Shown here piece by piece: positions 1 through 8,022 of a stretch of 64,000 bases of DNA. Position 1 is the stretch's first letter, and every line of letters starts with the position of its first letter. The stretch is from a virus (taxonomy: Duplodnaviria; Caudoviricetes): positions 22,900-86,899 of the IMG/VR virus record IMGVR_UViG_3300034093_003299; one strand, written 5' to 3'. The notes under the pieces are model-generated. The model was given only the letters and a program-made list of their open reading frames with translations, searched no databases and had not been told where the DNA came from. The position numbers were made by a program, and so were the translations under genes.

Positions 1-99
1 CTGGTTTTGAATGAGTTTCAGTTGGTTGAAGTTTATGAAAACGAAGTGAAAGACTTGTCAGAGCAGTTTTTCAAAGACAAATTTAATATCAATCTTTAA
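1..99 (+). CDS. 3' end of an upstream hypothetical protein (partial, runs off the window start)
   Basis: Frame 1 is open from base 1 (LVLNEFQLVEVYENEVKDLSEQFFKDKFNINL*). Its TAA at 97-99 overlaps the helicase ATG at 99 (TAATG coupling). Confidence 0.7.
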   Translation: MVLNEFQLVEVYENEVKDLSEQFFKDKFNINL

Positions 100-1562
100 T
101 GGCCATTTATTCTCTCCAAGTAGAAAAATACGTATTGTCTGGATTAATTAGGCATCCAACTTCTTTTGCCGACGTTGAATCTTTTATCAGTGACAGTGAT
201 TTTATCAATGAGGTTCATTATACTATCTTTTGCGTTTTTAAAGAGACGTTCAATAAAGGGGAGCAAATTGATAAGGTCTTGATTTCTCAAAAATGCAAGA
301 ACCTTGGCATCACATTTAAGGACCAGTCTATTGATATCTTTAATTATGTCAACAGCATTTGCCTTGTGCCCACCTCTCAGGCCGGTTTAGTTGAAGGATC
401 TAAAGAACTTCTTAAGCTCAGGATCAGAAGAGAGATAGAGCAGACCGGAGACGATATTAAAAAGTTTGCTAATTCATGCGCAGAAAAACAAATTGAAGAA
501 ATCATTACCGAATCAGATAAGATCTACAATAGCAAAATTTGCGTTTACGCTGCCGAGAATAACAAGCCAGAAGATATTACTGCTAATGTAATAGAAATAA
601 TTGAAGAGCGCGGAAACAATCCAATTCAAGATACTGGCTTAGCTACTCCTTATCCAAATTTTAATCGCCTTTATGGCGGCATTCGTCCCGGTAATATATA
701 TGCATGGGTAAGCAGACCTAAGCATGGCAAATCAACCATATTGAACGACCTAGCCATTAAGGTCACAAGCATGAATAAAGGGTGCCGAGCACTTGTTCTA
801 GACACTGAAATGTCTACTATAGATATGAAGTTCAGAATAGCTTCTTCTATTACCGGCATTCCTGTTTGGCACTTAGAAACAGGTAACTGGAAAAAGAACG
901 CTAATCTTTTCCAAAAATTTGAAGAAAGCAAAAGCAAAATCAAAGCCCTTAGCAATCAAGTAGACCATCTTCAAGTAGCTGGAAAGCCTATCGAGGAAGT
1001 GGCGTCTATTGTCAAGCGCTGGTATTTCTCAAAGGTTGGTCGCGGAAATCAATGCGTTATTATTTATGATTACATTAAGCTAACAGGCGAATCTGATAAA
1101 AACAAACAAGAATACCAATTAATTGGCGACAAAGTCAATGCTCTTAAAGAGCTTTGCTTGGAATTAAATGTCCCGATTCTAACAGCTTGCCAGCTTAACA
1201 GAAGCGCAGAGAACGGCGTAGATGACAGCAGCGCGATTTCTCAGTCTGATCGGCTACAATGGTATGCATCTTTTGTCGCTATTTTCAGGCGCAAGAGCGT
1301 AGAAGAGATTGCTGACGATGGAATAGAGTTCGGTTCTCATAAGCTGATTCCTCTAGCGACCCGCTTCCAAGGAAAAGACTCCGCTGGGCATCACGATTTA
1401 GTTAGAATCAAAGAGGGCAAAAAGATTAAGTATGCCCCGAATTATATAAGTTTTAATATTAACAATTTTAATGTTGAAGAAACTGGGACTTTGGAAGATA
1501 TTATATCTGCTAAGTCATTGCGCCCTGAGCTAGACGACTCTGGCGATGGAGAAGTATTATGA
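99..1562 (+). CDS. dnaB: Replicative DNA helicase, DnaB family (SF4)
   Basis: 487 aa. Walker A SRPKHGKST, H1a LDTEMS, Walker B IIYDYIKL, H3 CQLNRS, plus a DnaB-type N-terminal domain (EKYVLSGLI). Confidence 0.93.
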   Translation: MAIYSLQVEKYVLSGLIRHPTSFADVESFISDSDFINEVHYTIFCVFKETFNKGEQIDKVLISQKCKNLGITFKDQSIDIFNYVNSICLVPTSQAGLVEGSKELLKLRIRREIEQTGDDIKKFANSCAEKQIEEIITESDKIYNSKICVYAAENNKPEDITANVIEIIEERGNNPIQDTGLATPYPNFNRLYGGIRPGNIYAWVSRPKHGKSTILNDLAIKVTSMNKGCRALVLDTEMSTIDMKFRIASSITGIPVWHLETGNWKKNANLFQKFEESKSKIKALSNQVDHLQVAGKPIEEVASIVKRWYFSKVGRGNQCVIIYDYIKLTGESDKNKQEYQLIGDKVNALKELCLELNVPILTACQLNRSAENGVDDSSAISQSDRLQWYASFVAIFRRKSVEEIADDGIEFGSHKLIPLATRFQGKDSAGHHDLVRIKEGKKIKYAPNYISFNINNFNVEETGTLEDIISAKSLRPELDDSGDGEVL

Positions 1563-2494
1563 ATGACTGCGAATCCGTAAGGCAGATATTGACCGACATT
1601 GGCTACTCGCTTGTCGATCACGGAAGAGAGTACAGAACAAGGCCTCTTTATAGAGATTCCGGTAACGATAACGTTTTAAGAATTTGGAAAAATTCTGGGC
1701 AATGGGTAGACTTTAAAGAAAACATCAGCGGCTCTATTGAAGATCTTGTAAGACTAACTCTTAAGCTTAAAAATATAGACGAAGCAAAGAAGTGGATTTC
1801 TGAAAAAGGAATCGACACTTCTCGATCTGAAGAGAATCAACAAAAAGTAACTACTAGTCAAACAACTATTTTTGATAAGTCTTTGCTTATAAAGCTTTCG
1901 CGAGATCATTCTTATTGGGAAAATAGAGGCATCTCTAGCCAGACTCTTCTTCCATTCCAATGCGGCGTTGCTTCTACCGGAAAAATGTTCAATAGATATG
2001 TCTTTCCTATATTCAACTGCAAGGACGAGATAGTCGGATTCGCCGGCAGAGATATATCTAAAATGAGCTTAGAAGGAAGACCAAAGTGGAAACTAATTGG
2101 AGACAAGAAAGAATGGGCTTTTCCGCTAAAAGTAAACTCTAAAGACATCAAAAATTCTAAATTTATTATCCTTGTCGAAAGCATTGGCGACATGCTAGCG
2201 TTAAGAGAGAATGGGATTAATAATTCTATAGTCTCTTTTGGCTTGAATCTTTCTCCAAAAATTATATATTCCCTTATTGGTTACAATCCAAAAAAGATAA
2301 TAATAGCATTTAATGACGACAGCTTCGATAATGCAGCTGGAAATATAGCAGCAGAATCCGCGAAGCAAAGGCTTCTGAATTACTTCGACTCCAATCAAAT
2401 AGAAATCAAACTCCCATTTGGCGCAAAAGATTTCGGAGAAATGCATTTAAAAGATAGATCTCTTATCGGTAATTGGTATAATTCAATTCAATGA
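1559..2494 (+). CDS. dnaG: DNA primase, DnaG-like TOPRIM
   Basis: 311 aa. RYVFPIFN...IVGFAGR (DnaG catalytic N-domain), TOPRIM IILVESIGD and IAFNDD(S)FD, C-terminal KDFGE. Adjacent to DnaB with an ATGA overlap. Confidence 0.85.
   Translation: MNDCESVRQILTDIGYSLVDHGREYRTRPLYRDSGNDNVLRIWKNSGQWVDFKENISGSIEDLVRLTLKLKNIDEAKKWISEKGIDTSRSEENQQKVTTSQTTIFDKSLLIKLSRDHSYWENRGISSQTLLPFQCGVASTGKMFNRYVFPIFNCKDEIVGFAGRDISKMSLEGRPKWKLIGDKKEWAFPLKVNSKDIKNSKFIILVESIGDMLALRENGINNSIVSFGLNLSPKIIYSLIGYNPKKIIIAFNDDSFDNAAGNIAAESAKQRLLNYFDSNQIEIKLPFGAKDFGEMHLKDRSLIGNWYNSIQ
2474..2482 (+). promoter_or_regulatory. Extended -10 promoter element TGnTATAAT
   Basis: tggtataat at 2474-2482 ends 8 nt before the nuclease ATG at 2491. 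No Shine-Dalgarno lies between. Confidence 0.45.
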
Positions 2495-3438
2495 GCACCA
2501 CTGAAAAAATAAAGCTTAGCGCCAGCAAAATTAAAACCGCTGAAGGCTGTAGCTGGCTTTACTATACTAAATATGTTCTTAAAGTGCCAGACATTTCTAA
2601 TTCCGGAGCTTCTAGAGGAACAATCTGTCATTTAATTTTTGAGCTTCTTTTAAAAGATAGACACAAGAAATATTTCGAAGACTTGTGTTCTGGCAAAGCC
2701 GGTGTAATTAAAAACCCCTGCATCCACAGACTAATTCTAAAAAACGCAAAGAAACTCAAAGTCAACGACGAAGAAAATTTGGATCTTATTTACATGATGA
2801 TTCAAACAGGCCTTCAAAATGATTTTTTTTGCAACGGATCTGTTTTATTAGAAGCCGAGTCGGAGTTCAAACTAGAAGAAGATGACTATATCATAAATGG
2901 CTTTATTGATAAGCTAGCAAAATTTAACGATAAAGAATATAAGATTTACGATTATAAATCAAGCAAAGCTAAATTCTCTAAAGAAGAGATAGACTTTAAC
3001 TTGCAAAACTTGATGTATTCTTTGGCTGTGTTTAAAACAAAGGGACATATTCCAACAGTGTCCTTTGTATTTTTAAAATTTAAAAAACAACCGATCCAAC
3101 AGGCACCCACCCCCACCCAAGAGCAGTTAGAAGGATTCAAGACTTATTTAAGTTATATAGCTGGATATATATCTTCTTTTGATGAAAAGAAAGCCGTGCA
3201 AAATCTTGCCGCCAAATCTTTTAAGAAGAAATGGATGTGTGGCAGCGATGTGGAAGGCAAATGGATCTGCCCGTCTAGACTACCAGCAACATTTTACATA
3301 GGCTCGGATGAGAAAGATAAATTTATTAAATCTTCATTCGATAAAGAATTGCTGTTGAAAGACCCCAAGGTAAAATTAATAAACAAAAAAGAATACAAGG
3401 GCTGCCCATTTTGGAGCAAAGATACGTTGACTTTTTGA
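2491..3438 (+). CDS. PD-(D/E)XK exonuclease (RecB/AddB/Cas4-like), probable recombination nuclease
   Basis: 315 aa. LSASKIK..C, RGTICH, GFIDKL...IYDYKSSK, QNLMY. One N-terminal and three C-terminal Cys (WMCG, WICP, GCPF) fit an Fe-S staple. Confidence 0.85.
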   Translation: MSTTEKIKLSASKIKTAEGCSWLYYTKYVLKVPDISNSGASRGTICHLIFELLLKDRHKKYFEDLCSGKAGVIKNPCIHRLILKNAKKLKVNDEENLDLIYMMIQTGLQNDFFCNGSVLLEAESEFKLEEDDYIINGFIDKLAKFNDKEYKIYDYKSSKAKFSKEEIDFNLQNLMYSLAVFKTKGHIPTVSFVFLKFKKQPIQQAPTPTQEQLEGFKTYLSYIAGYISSFDEKKAVQNLAAKSFKKKWMCGSDVEGKWICPSRLPATFYIGSDEKDKFIKSSFDKELLLKDPKVKLINKKEYKGCPFWSKDTLTF

Positions 3439-3466
3439 TTGACTTTCTCGAAAAAGCAGCCACAAT
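3439..3466 (+). promoter_or_regulatory. sigma70-like promoter TTGACT-N16-CACAAT
   Basis: TTGACT at 3439-3444 and CACAAT at 3461-3466, with an in-frame GTG at 3472. Same geometry as the elements at 7412 and 11012. Confidence 0.55.
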
Positions 3467-4236
3467 TAAGCGTGTACTCGGCTGTCCCTTTATTTAAATC
3501 TCATTATAGCCTTGGCAAATCTGTGCTTACCCTGTCTAAAGCAGGGTCTAGCGACCCAGACGAGCCAAGCTCTATTATTGACATCGCGAAGAAGCTTAAT
3601 CTAGACAAAGTTCATCTTGTCGATGACTCTATTTCTGGACTGCTAGAAGCTTACAAGTCTTGCGAGGACGCAAATCTAAATTTAAGATTTGGCTTGCGTT
3701 TAACCGTGTGCGACGATATTGACAACAAGACTGCTGAATCTAGAGAAAAAGAACACAAAGTAATCGTCTTCTTGTCGAGATCAGAAGGGTATCAAAATCT
3801 GATCAAGATATCTACTGTTGCCAGTACAAATGGATTTTACTATTACCCAAGAATAGACTGCAAAACTCTTAAAGAAATTTGGAGCAAGGAAAATCTTTTG
3901 CTTTGCATTCCTTTCTATGATTCTTATGTGTTCAAAAATAATTTGACTTATAGCGTTTGCATTCCTGATTTTAGTTTTTGCGATCCTGTTTATTTTGTAG
4001 AGGATAATAATTTGCCATTTGATGAAATTCTTAAATCGAAAGTCGAAGAAATTGTCTCAGACAAACAATTGGCAGTCAAAACACAGTCTATCTATTATGA
4101 AAACAAAGAAGACTTCTTGGCTTACCTTACGTTTAGGTGCATCTCCGAAAGAACCACTTTGAGCAAACCTAATCTAAATCATTGCTCTTCAAACGAATTC
4201 TGCGCCGAGTCATTCAAGGAAAAATATGGAAAATGA
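3439..4236 (+). CDS. Stand-alone PHP domain of DNA polymerase III alpha (probable true start GTG 3472)
   Basis: FKSHYSLG, helix IIDIAKKLNL, LVDDSISG, HKVIVF...EGYQNLIKIS...GFYYYPRID match the DnaE N-terminal PHP domain. Several metal ligands look lost. The track's TTG start coincides with a -35 box. Confidence 0.85.
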   Translation: MTFSKKQPQLSVYSAVPLFKSHYSLGKSVLTLSKAGSSDPDEPSSIIDIAKKLNLDKVHLVDDSISGLLEAYKSCEDANLNLRFGLRLTVCDDIDNKTAESREKEHKVIVFLSRSEGYQNLIKISTVASTNGFYYYPRIDCKTLKEIWSKENLLLCIPFYDSYVFKNNLTYSVCIPDFSFCDPVYFVEDNNLPFDEILKSKVEEIVSDKQLAVKTQSIYYENKEDFLAYLTFRCISERTTLSKPNLNHCSSNEFCAESFKEKYGK

Positions 4237-4864
4237 ACTACTGAGATTTGACAAGTCTAAAAAGATTGTCTTTATCGACTGCGAAACATTAAATCTGTGT
4301 CTTAATTTTTGCCAAAATCTTCCATGGCAAGTTGCCATGCTAGACACTGTGGGTGGTAAGAAAATCGACGAGAGAGATTTCTTGATTAAATGGGACACCA
4401 ATCTTAAAATATCAGAAGATGCCAGACGAATCACAAGATATCCTGAAGGACTCATCCAAACAACTGGCAAGAAATTTGATGATGTCTTTGATACTATTAG
4501 GGATTGGCTTGACTCTTGTGACTATATTGTTGGTCATAACATTCTTGGCTTCGATTTCTATCTTATAAAAGAGATGTATTTGCTTAAAGGATTGCGAGCG
4601 AATCATTTAGTTAATAAAATTTTAGATACTAATTGCTTGGCTAAGGGAATCAAATATGGAATCCCTAAGATGTCAAAAGAAACTTTGATCGAATATCAAT
4701 ATAAATTACTTCATACTTACAGAAAAGGTATAAAAACTAATCTTACAGCTTTGGGCAAGGATTATAATATAGATCATGACTATGATAATTTGCACAATGC
4801 AATTGTTGATTTGGATTTGAATTTGAAAGTCTGGAATAAAATTAAATTTCAAGTGGAGATATGA
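4226..4864 (+). CDS. DEDDh 3'-5' exonuclease (DnaQ/epsilon-like proofreading subunit)
   Basis: 212 aa. ExoI IDCET, ExoII GHNILGFD, ExoIII HNAIVD. AAGGA Shine-Dalgarno upstream. Lies between the PHP and DnaE ORFs. Confidence 0.88.
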   Translation: MENELLRFDKSKKIVFIDCETLNLCLNFCQNLPWQVAMLDTVGGKKIDERDFLIKWDTNLKISEDARRITRYPEGLIQTTGKKFDDVFDTIRDWLDSCDYIVGHNILGFDFYLIKEMYLLKGLRANHLVNKILDTNCLAKGIKYGIPKMSKETLIEYQYKLLHTYRKGIKTNLTALGKDYNIDHDYDNLHNAIVDLDLNLKVWNKIKFQVEI

Positions 4865-7428
4865 ATAATTTTAATAGCTATTTTACTGATTTTAAGTTGC
4901 CATTATATGGCGTTAGACTTCCAGAGTTCAATATTGAAAGCCGCCTTAAGAAAGAGTATGGCTTAAAAGAAGAGTCTTCCAACTACGACTTCTTGATGCA
5001 AGTGTGCAGAGCTAATTTTAAAAAGCTAAACATAGCCAAAGAAGATTTTCCTAAATATTCAGAGAGAGTAAAATACGAATTGGAGACCGTTAAAGACCTC
5101 GGGTTTCTTGACTATATTCTTTTGGTTTGGAATGTTATTAATTATTGCAACGAAAACTCCATTCCTGTGGGTCTTGGGCGCGGTTCTGCTGCTGGTAGTC
5201 TTATTCTTTATCTGCTGGGAGTCACCAAGGTAGATCCGATTAAATACGAGCTATTCTTTGAGCGGTTTATATCTAAGATCCGTGCGAAGAAACAAGTGGT
5301 TGATGGTATAACTTACCTTGACGGATCGCTCATGTGCGACGTAGATATCGATATCTGTTACTATAATCGACATAAAGTAATCAAATACTTAGACCAGCTA
5401 TTCTCAGGCAGAACATCTAAGATCCTGACTCTTACAACTCTAAGCGGGAAAATTCTAATTAAAGAATGCGGCAAAATCATAGATGAAAAACCTGAGTCAG
5501 AAATGAATGAAGTAAGTTCTTTGATCCCTAAAACTTTCGGCCAAGTGATGGACCTTAAGCAAGCTTATGCTGAAGTGCCTGACCTACAAGCTTGGTGCGA
5601 TAACAATCCTAGAGCTTATAAGACTGCGCTAAAGTTGCGCAATTTAATTAAGAACAAGAGCGTCCACGCTTCAGGGATGATGCTTTCGTACCATCCAATA
5701 GATCAAAGCTGTCCTACCGAACTTACCAGCGACAAAGAACAGGTCTCTAGTTACGACATGAATTGGGTTTCTATCTTTAATGTTAAACTAGATCTTCTTG
5801 GCTTAAGAAGCGTATCGATTGTAGACCGTGTCTGTAAATTAATAAATATTAAAACCTCAGACATTGATTTTAATGATCCGATAATATATCAGCAGCTACA
5901 AGACTTTAAAACTCCTCACGGATGCTTCCAAATTGAAGCTGAAACAAATTTCAAAGTTTGTAAGAAGGTAAAGCCAAAAAACCTCGAAGAACTAAGCGCA
6001 GTCCTTGCTCTTGCTCGCCCCGGAGCTTTAGAGTTCGTTGATCAGTATGCTAACTTCACTAACAACAATCAATACGAAGGCATCCATGAATTTTTTGATT
6101 CCGTATTGAGCGGCAGCGGTGGCGTTGCATTGTATCAGGAGCAGTTGATGAAAATGTCCAATAAGATTGGATTTACTCTTGATGAAGCAGAAGTTCTTCG
6201 CCGAATTGTCGGTAAGAAGAAAGTCGAAGAAGCCAAAAAATGGCAAGAAAAGATCAAAGACAAGATCAAAGAGAATAATCTAGCCCCAGAGATCGGAGAC
6301 ATCCTTTGGCGCATTCTTGAAAACTCAGCAAATTACTCATTTAATAAATCGCACTCCATGAGCTATGCGGCTCTTGCCGCGTGTACTGTTTATCTTAAAT
6401 TCAAGCACCCTAAAGAATTTTTCTTAGCTTTGCTAGAAATGACAAAGCATGAGCCGGCTCCTTTAGAAGAGATATCTAAGATTCAGAAAGAGCTTCGCCA
6501 CTTTGGCGTAACTCTGCTTGGGCCTCACATATTAAAATCTGATACTGATTTTTCTATCCAAGGAAATGATATTAGATTTGGATTATCTTCTATTAAGGGC
6601 ATCTCAGAGAAAACTATGGAAAAGCTCAAACTCTTTAAGAGCGAGCAATCTAGTAAATTTGAAGTATTCCAAGCCGCTAAAGAAGTTGGGCTTTCTATCG
6701 GTGTTTTATCAGCACTGATTCAGGCTGGTGCCTTGGATGGGTTCTCTGTTTCCCGCAGCAGAGTCGTCCTAGAGGCTCAATTGTGGAACGTGTTAAGCGA
6801 AAAGGAAAAAGTCCTTGCCATGCAGTATGGCCCAGAGTGCGGTAACGACTTACTTAAAACAGTCAAAAAGCTATCTGAAACTAAAAACGAAAACAGCAAG
6901 CTTCTTATAAAAGAAACTCGTTTAGTCACAATAAAGAAAAAGTATGATCTTTATTTAAAAATATATCAACAAAACAATAAATCAGAAAGCTTTGCTAATT
7001 GGTACTATGAAAATAAATTGCTTGGGTATAGTTACAATAACACACTGATAGATATATTCCACCCTAAGATGCCGTCGCTTGTTTCAACCGCTCAGATATC
7101 TGAATTAGGTAATAACTCTATTGTTTATCTAGTTGGCAAGGTGGAAGAAGCCTCGGAATGGACTTCTAAAAACGAGAAAAAAACTAAAGTATTCAAAATG
7201 ATCGTTTCTGATGAATTTGGATCTATACCTGTTCTTACTTTCAACGACAAAATAGAATTCAATAAATCCTCTAATGGCGACAAGCTGCCCGAAAAGGAAG
7301 ACATCGTTATCGTTAAAGCCACGAAAAAACAAGATTGCTTGTTTGGGGATTCCATTGGAATTCAGACCTTGAAAATTTACACCAAGCTTTCAGAATTGAA
7401 AGAAAAAAATCTTGACAATCAAGAGTAA
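4861..7428 (+). CDS. dnaE: DNA polymerase III alpha catalytic core (DnaE family, lacking PHP)
   Basis: 855 aa. GF.DY.L.VW, GRGSAAGS, LFFERF, DVDIDI, HASG, KLDLLGL, LARPG, YQEQLM, YSFNKSH, IRFGLSSIKG, and a C-terminal OB fold. Confidence 0.95.
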   Translation: MNNFNSYFTDFKLPLYGVRLPEFNIESRLKKEYGLKEESSNYDFLMQVCRANFKKLNIAKEDFPKYSERVKYELETVKDLGFLDYILLVWNVINYCNENSIPVGLGRGSAAGSLILYLLGVTKVDPIKYELFFERFISKIRAKKQVVDGITYLDGSLMCDVDIDICYYNRHKVIKYLDQLFSGRTSKILTLTTLSGKILIKECGKIIDEKPESEMNEVSSLIPKTFGQVMDLKQAYAEVPDLQAWCDNNPRAYKTALKLRNLIKNKSVHASGMMLSYHPIDQSCPTELTSDKEQVSSYDMNWVSIFNVKLDLLGLRSVSIVDRVCKLINIKTSDIDFNDPIIYQQLQDFKTPHGCFQIEAETNFKVCKKVKPKNLEELSAVLALARPGALEFVDQYANFTNNNQYEGIHEFFDSVLSGSGGVALYQEQLMKMSNKIGFTLDEAEVLRRIVGKKKVEEAKKWQEKIKDKIKENNLAPEIGDILWRILENSANYSFNKSHSMSYAALAACTVYLKFKHPKEFFLALLEMTKHEPAPLEEISKIQKELRHFGVTLLGPHILKSDTDFSIQGNDIRFGLSSIKGISEKTMEKLKLFKSEQSSKFEVFQAAKEVGLSIGVLSALIQAGALDGFSVSRSRVVLEAQLWNVLSEKEKVLAMQYGPECGNDLLKTVKKLSETKNENSKLLIKETRLVTIKKKYDLYLKIYQQNNKSESFANWYYENKLLGYSYNNTLIDIFHPKMPSLVSTAQISELGNNSIVYLVGKVEEASEWTSKNEKKTKVFKMIVSDEFGSIPVLTFNDKIEFNKSSNGDKLPEKEDIVIVKATKKQDCLFGDSIGIQTLKIYTKLSELKEKNLDNQE

Positions 7429-7439
7429 AGCGTCACAAT
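7412..7439 (+). promoter_or_regulatory. sigma70-like promoter TTGACA-N16-CACAAT
   Basis: TTGACA at 7412-7417 and CACAAT at 7434-7439. The ATG at 7447 follows after 7 nt with no Shine-Dalgarno. Confidence 0.55.
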
Positions 7440-7446
7440 AACCTGT

Positions 7447-8022
7447 ATGCTTCAATTTTATAAACCGAACCCTAAGAACACTGGCTGCGGATGCTCCTTC
7501 AAATACTCCGCCAAGGACGACTGCGTTTTCGTCAACATGATCAAGCAGGCGAGTTGGGACGACCAAGCTAAGCGCGGATCATTCGCTGGCAACTCTCAAA
7601 ACCCAAAGGCTTCATGCTCTATTAAGCTAAGTCTTACTGAAGCTTCAGATATCATCTCGGCAATTAGACGCAATGGTGAGATTTCAGCTTTTCACGACTC
7701 AGCTAAGCAAGTAACTAGAATCAAGTTCTCTCCTTACATGCGCGGCACAAAGGATGATCCAAGCAAGATAGCTCAAGTTGGCTATTCCTTTTCCGTGTCA
7801 AAGGAAAGCAAGGAAAACGCTCAAGACAAGACCTCTTTCTTGATTGGCTTTACATTCGGAGAGGGAACCCGCCTTGAGGCTTTCTTCTGCTTTGCTCTTG
7901 CGAAAAGTTTTGAAAAGGCTTCGCTAGATCAAGATAATAGATCAGCCGCCGCTCCTCAAGCAGTCCTTCCCAAGAAAGAAGAGGCTCCGAAGCAGGAGAC
8001 GCCGGACGACGATCTATGGTAA
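7447..8022 (+). CDS. Putative single-stranded DNA-binding protein (PC4/Whirly-like fold suspected)
   Basis: 191 aa in the replication operon. Beta-rich aromatic/basic core, Pro/Ala linker, and an acidic tail ending in an aromatic residue (ETPDDDLW), typical of SSB C-termini. Confidence 0.6.
   Translation: MLQFYKPNPKNTGCGCSFKYSAKDDCVFVNMIKQASWDDQAKRGSFAGNSQNPKASCSIKLSLTEASDIISAIRRNGEISAFHDSAKQVTRIKFSPYMRGTKDDPSKIAQVGYSFSVSKESKENAQDKTSFLIGFTFGEGTRLEAFFCFALAKSFEKASLDQDNRSAAAPQAVLPKKEEAPKQETPDDDLW

Noticed and set aside
2491-3438. Cas4/CRISPR adaptation gene
   Set aside because: The Cas4-like Cys pattern is shared with AddB-type phage exonucleases. The context is a replication operon with no array or cas1/cas2.
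99-7428. Inteins or introns in DnaB or DnaE
   Set aside because: Conserved motifs are continuous at normal spacing. No large insert or splice-junction motifs are apparent.
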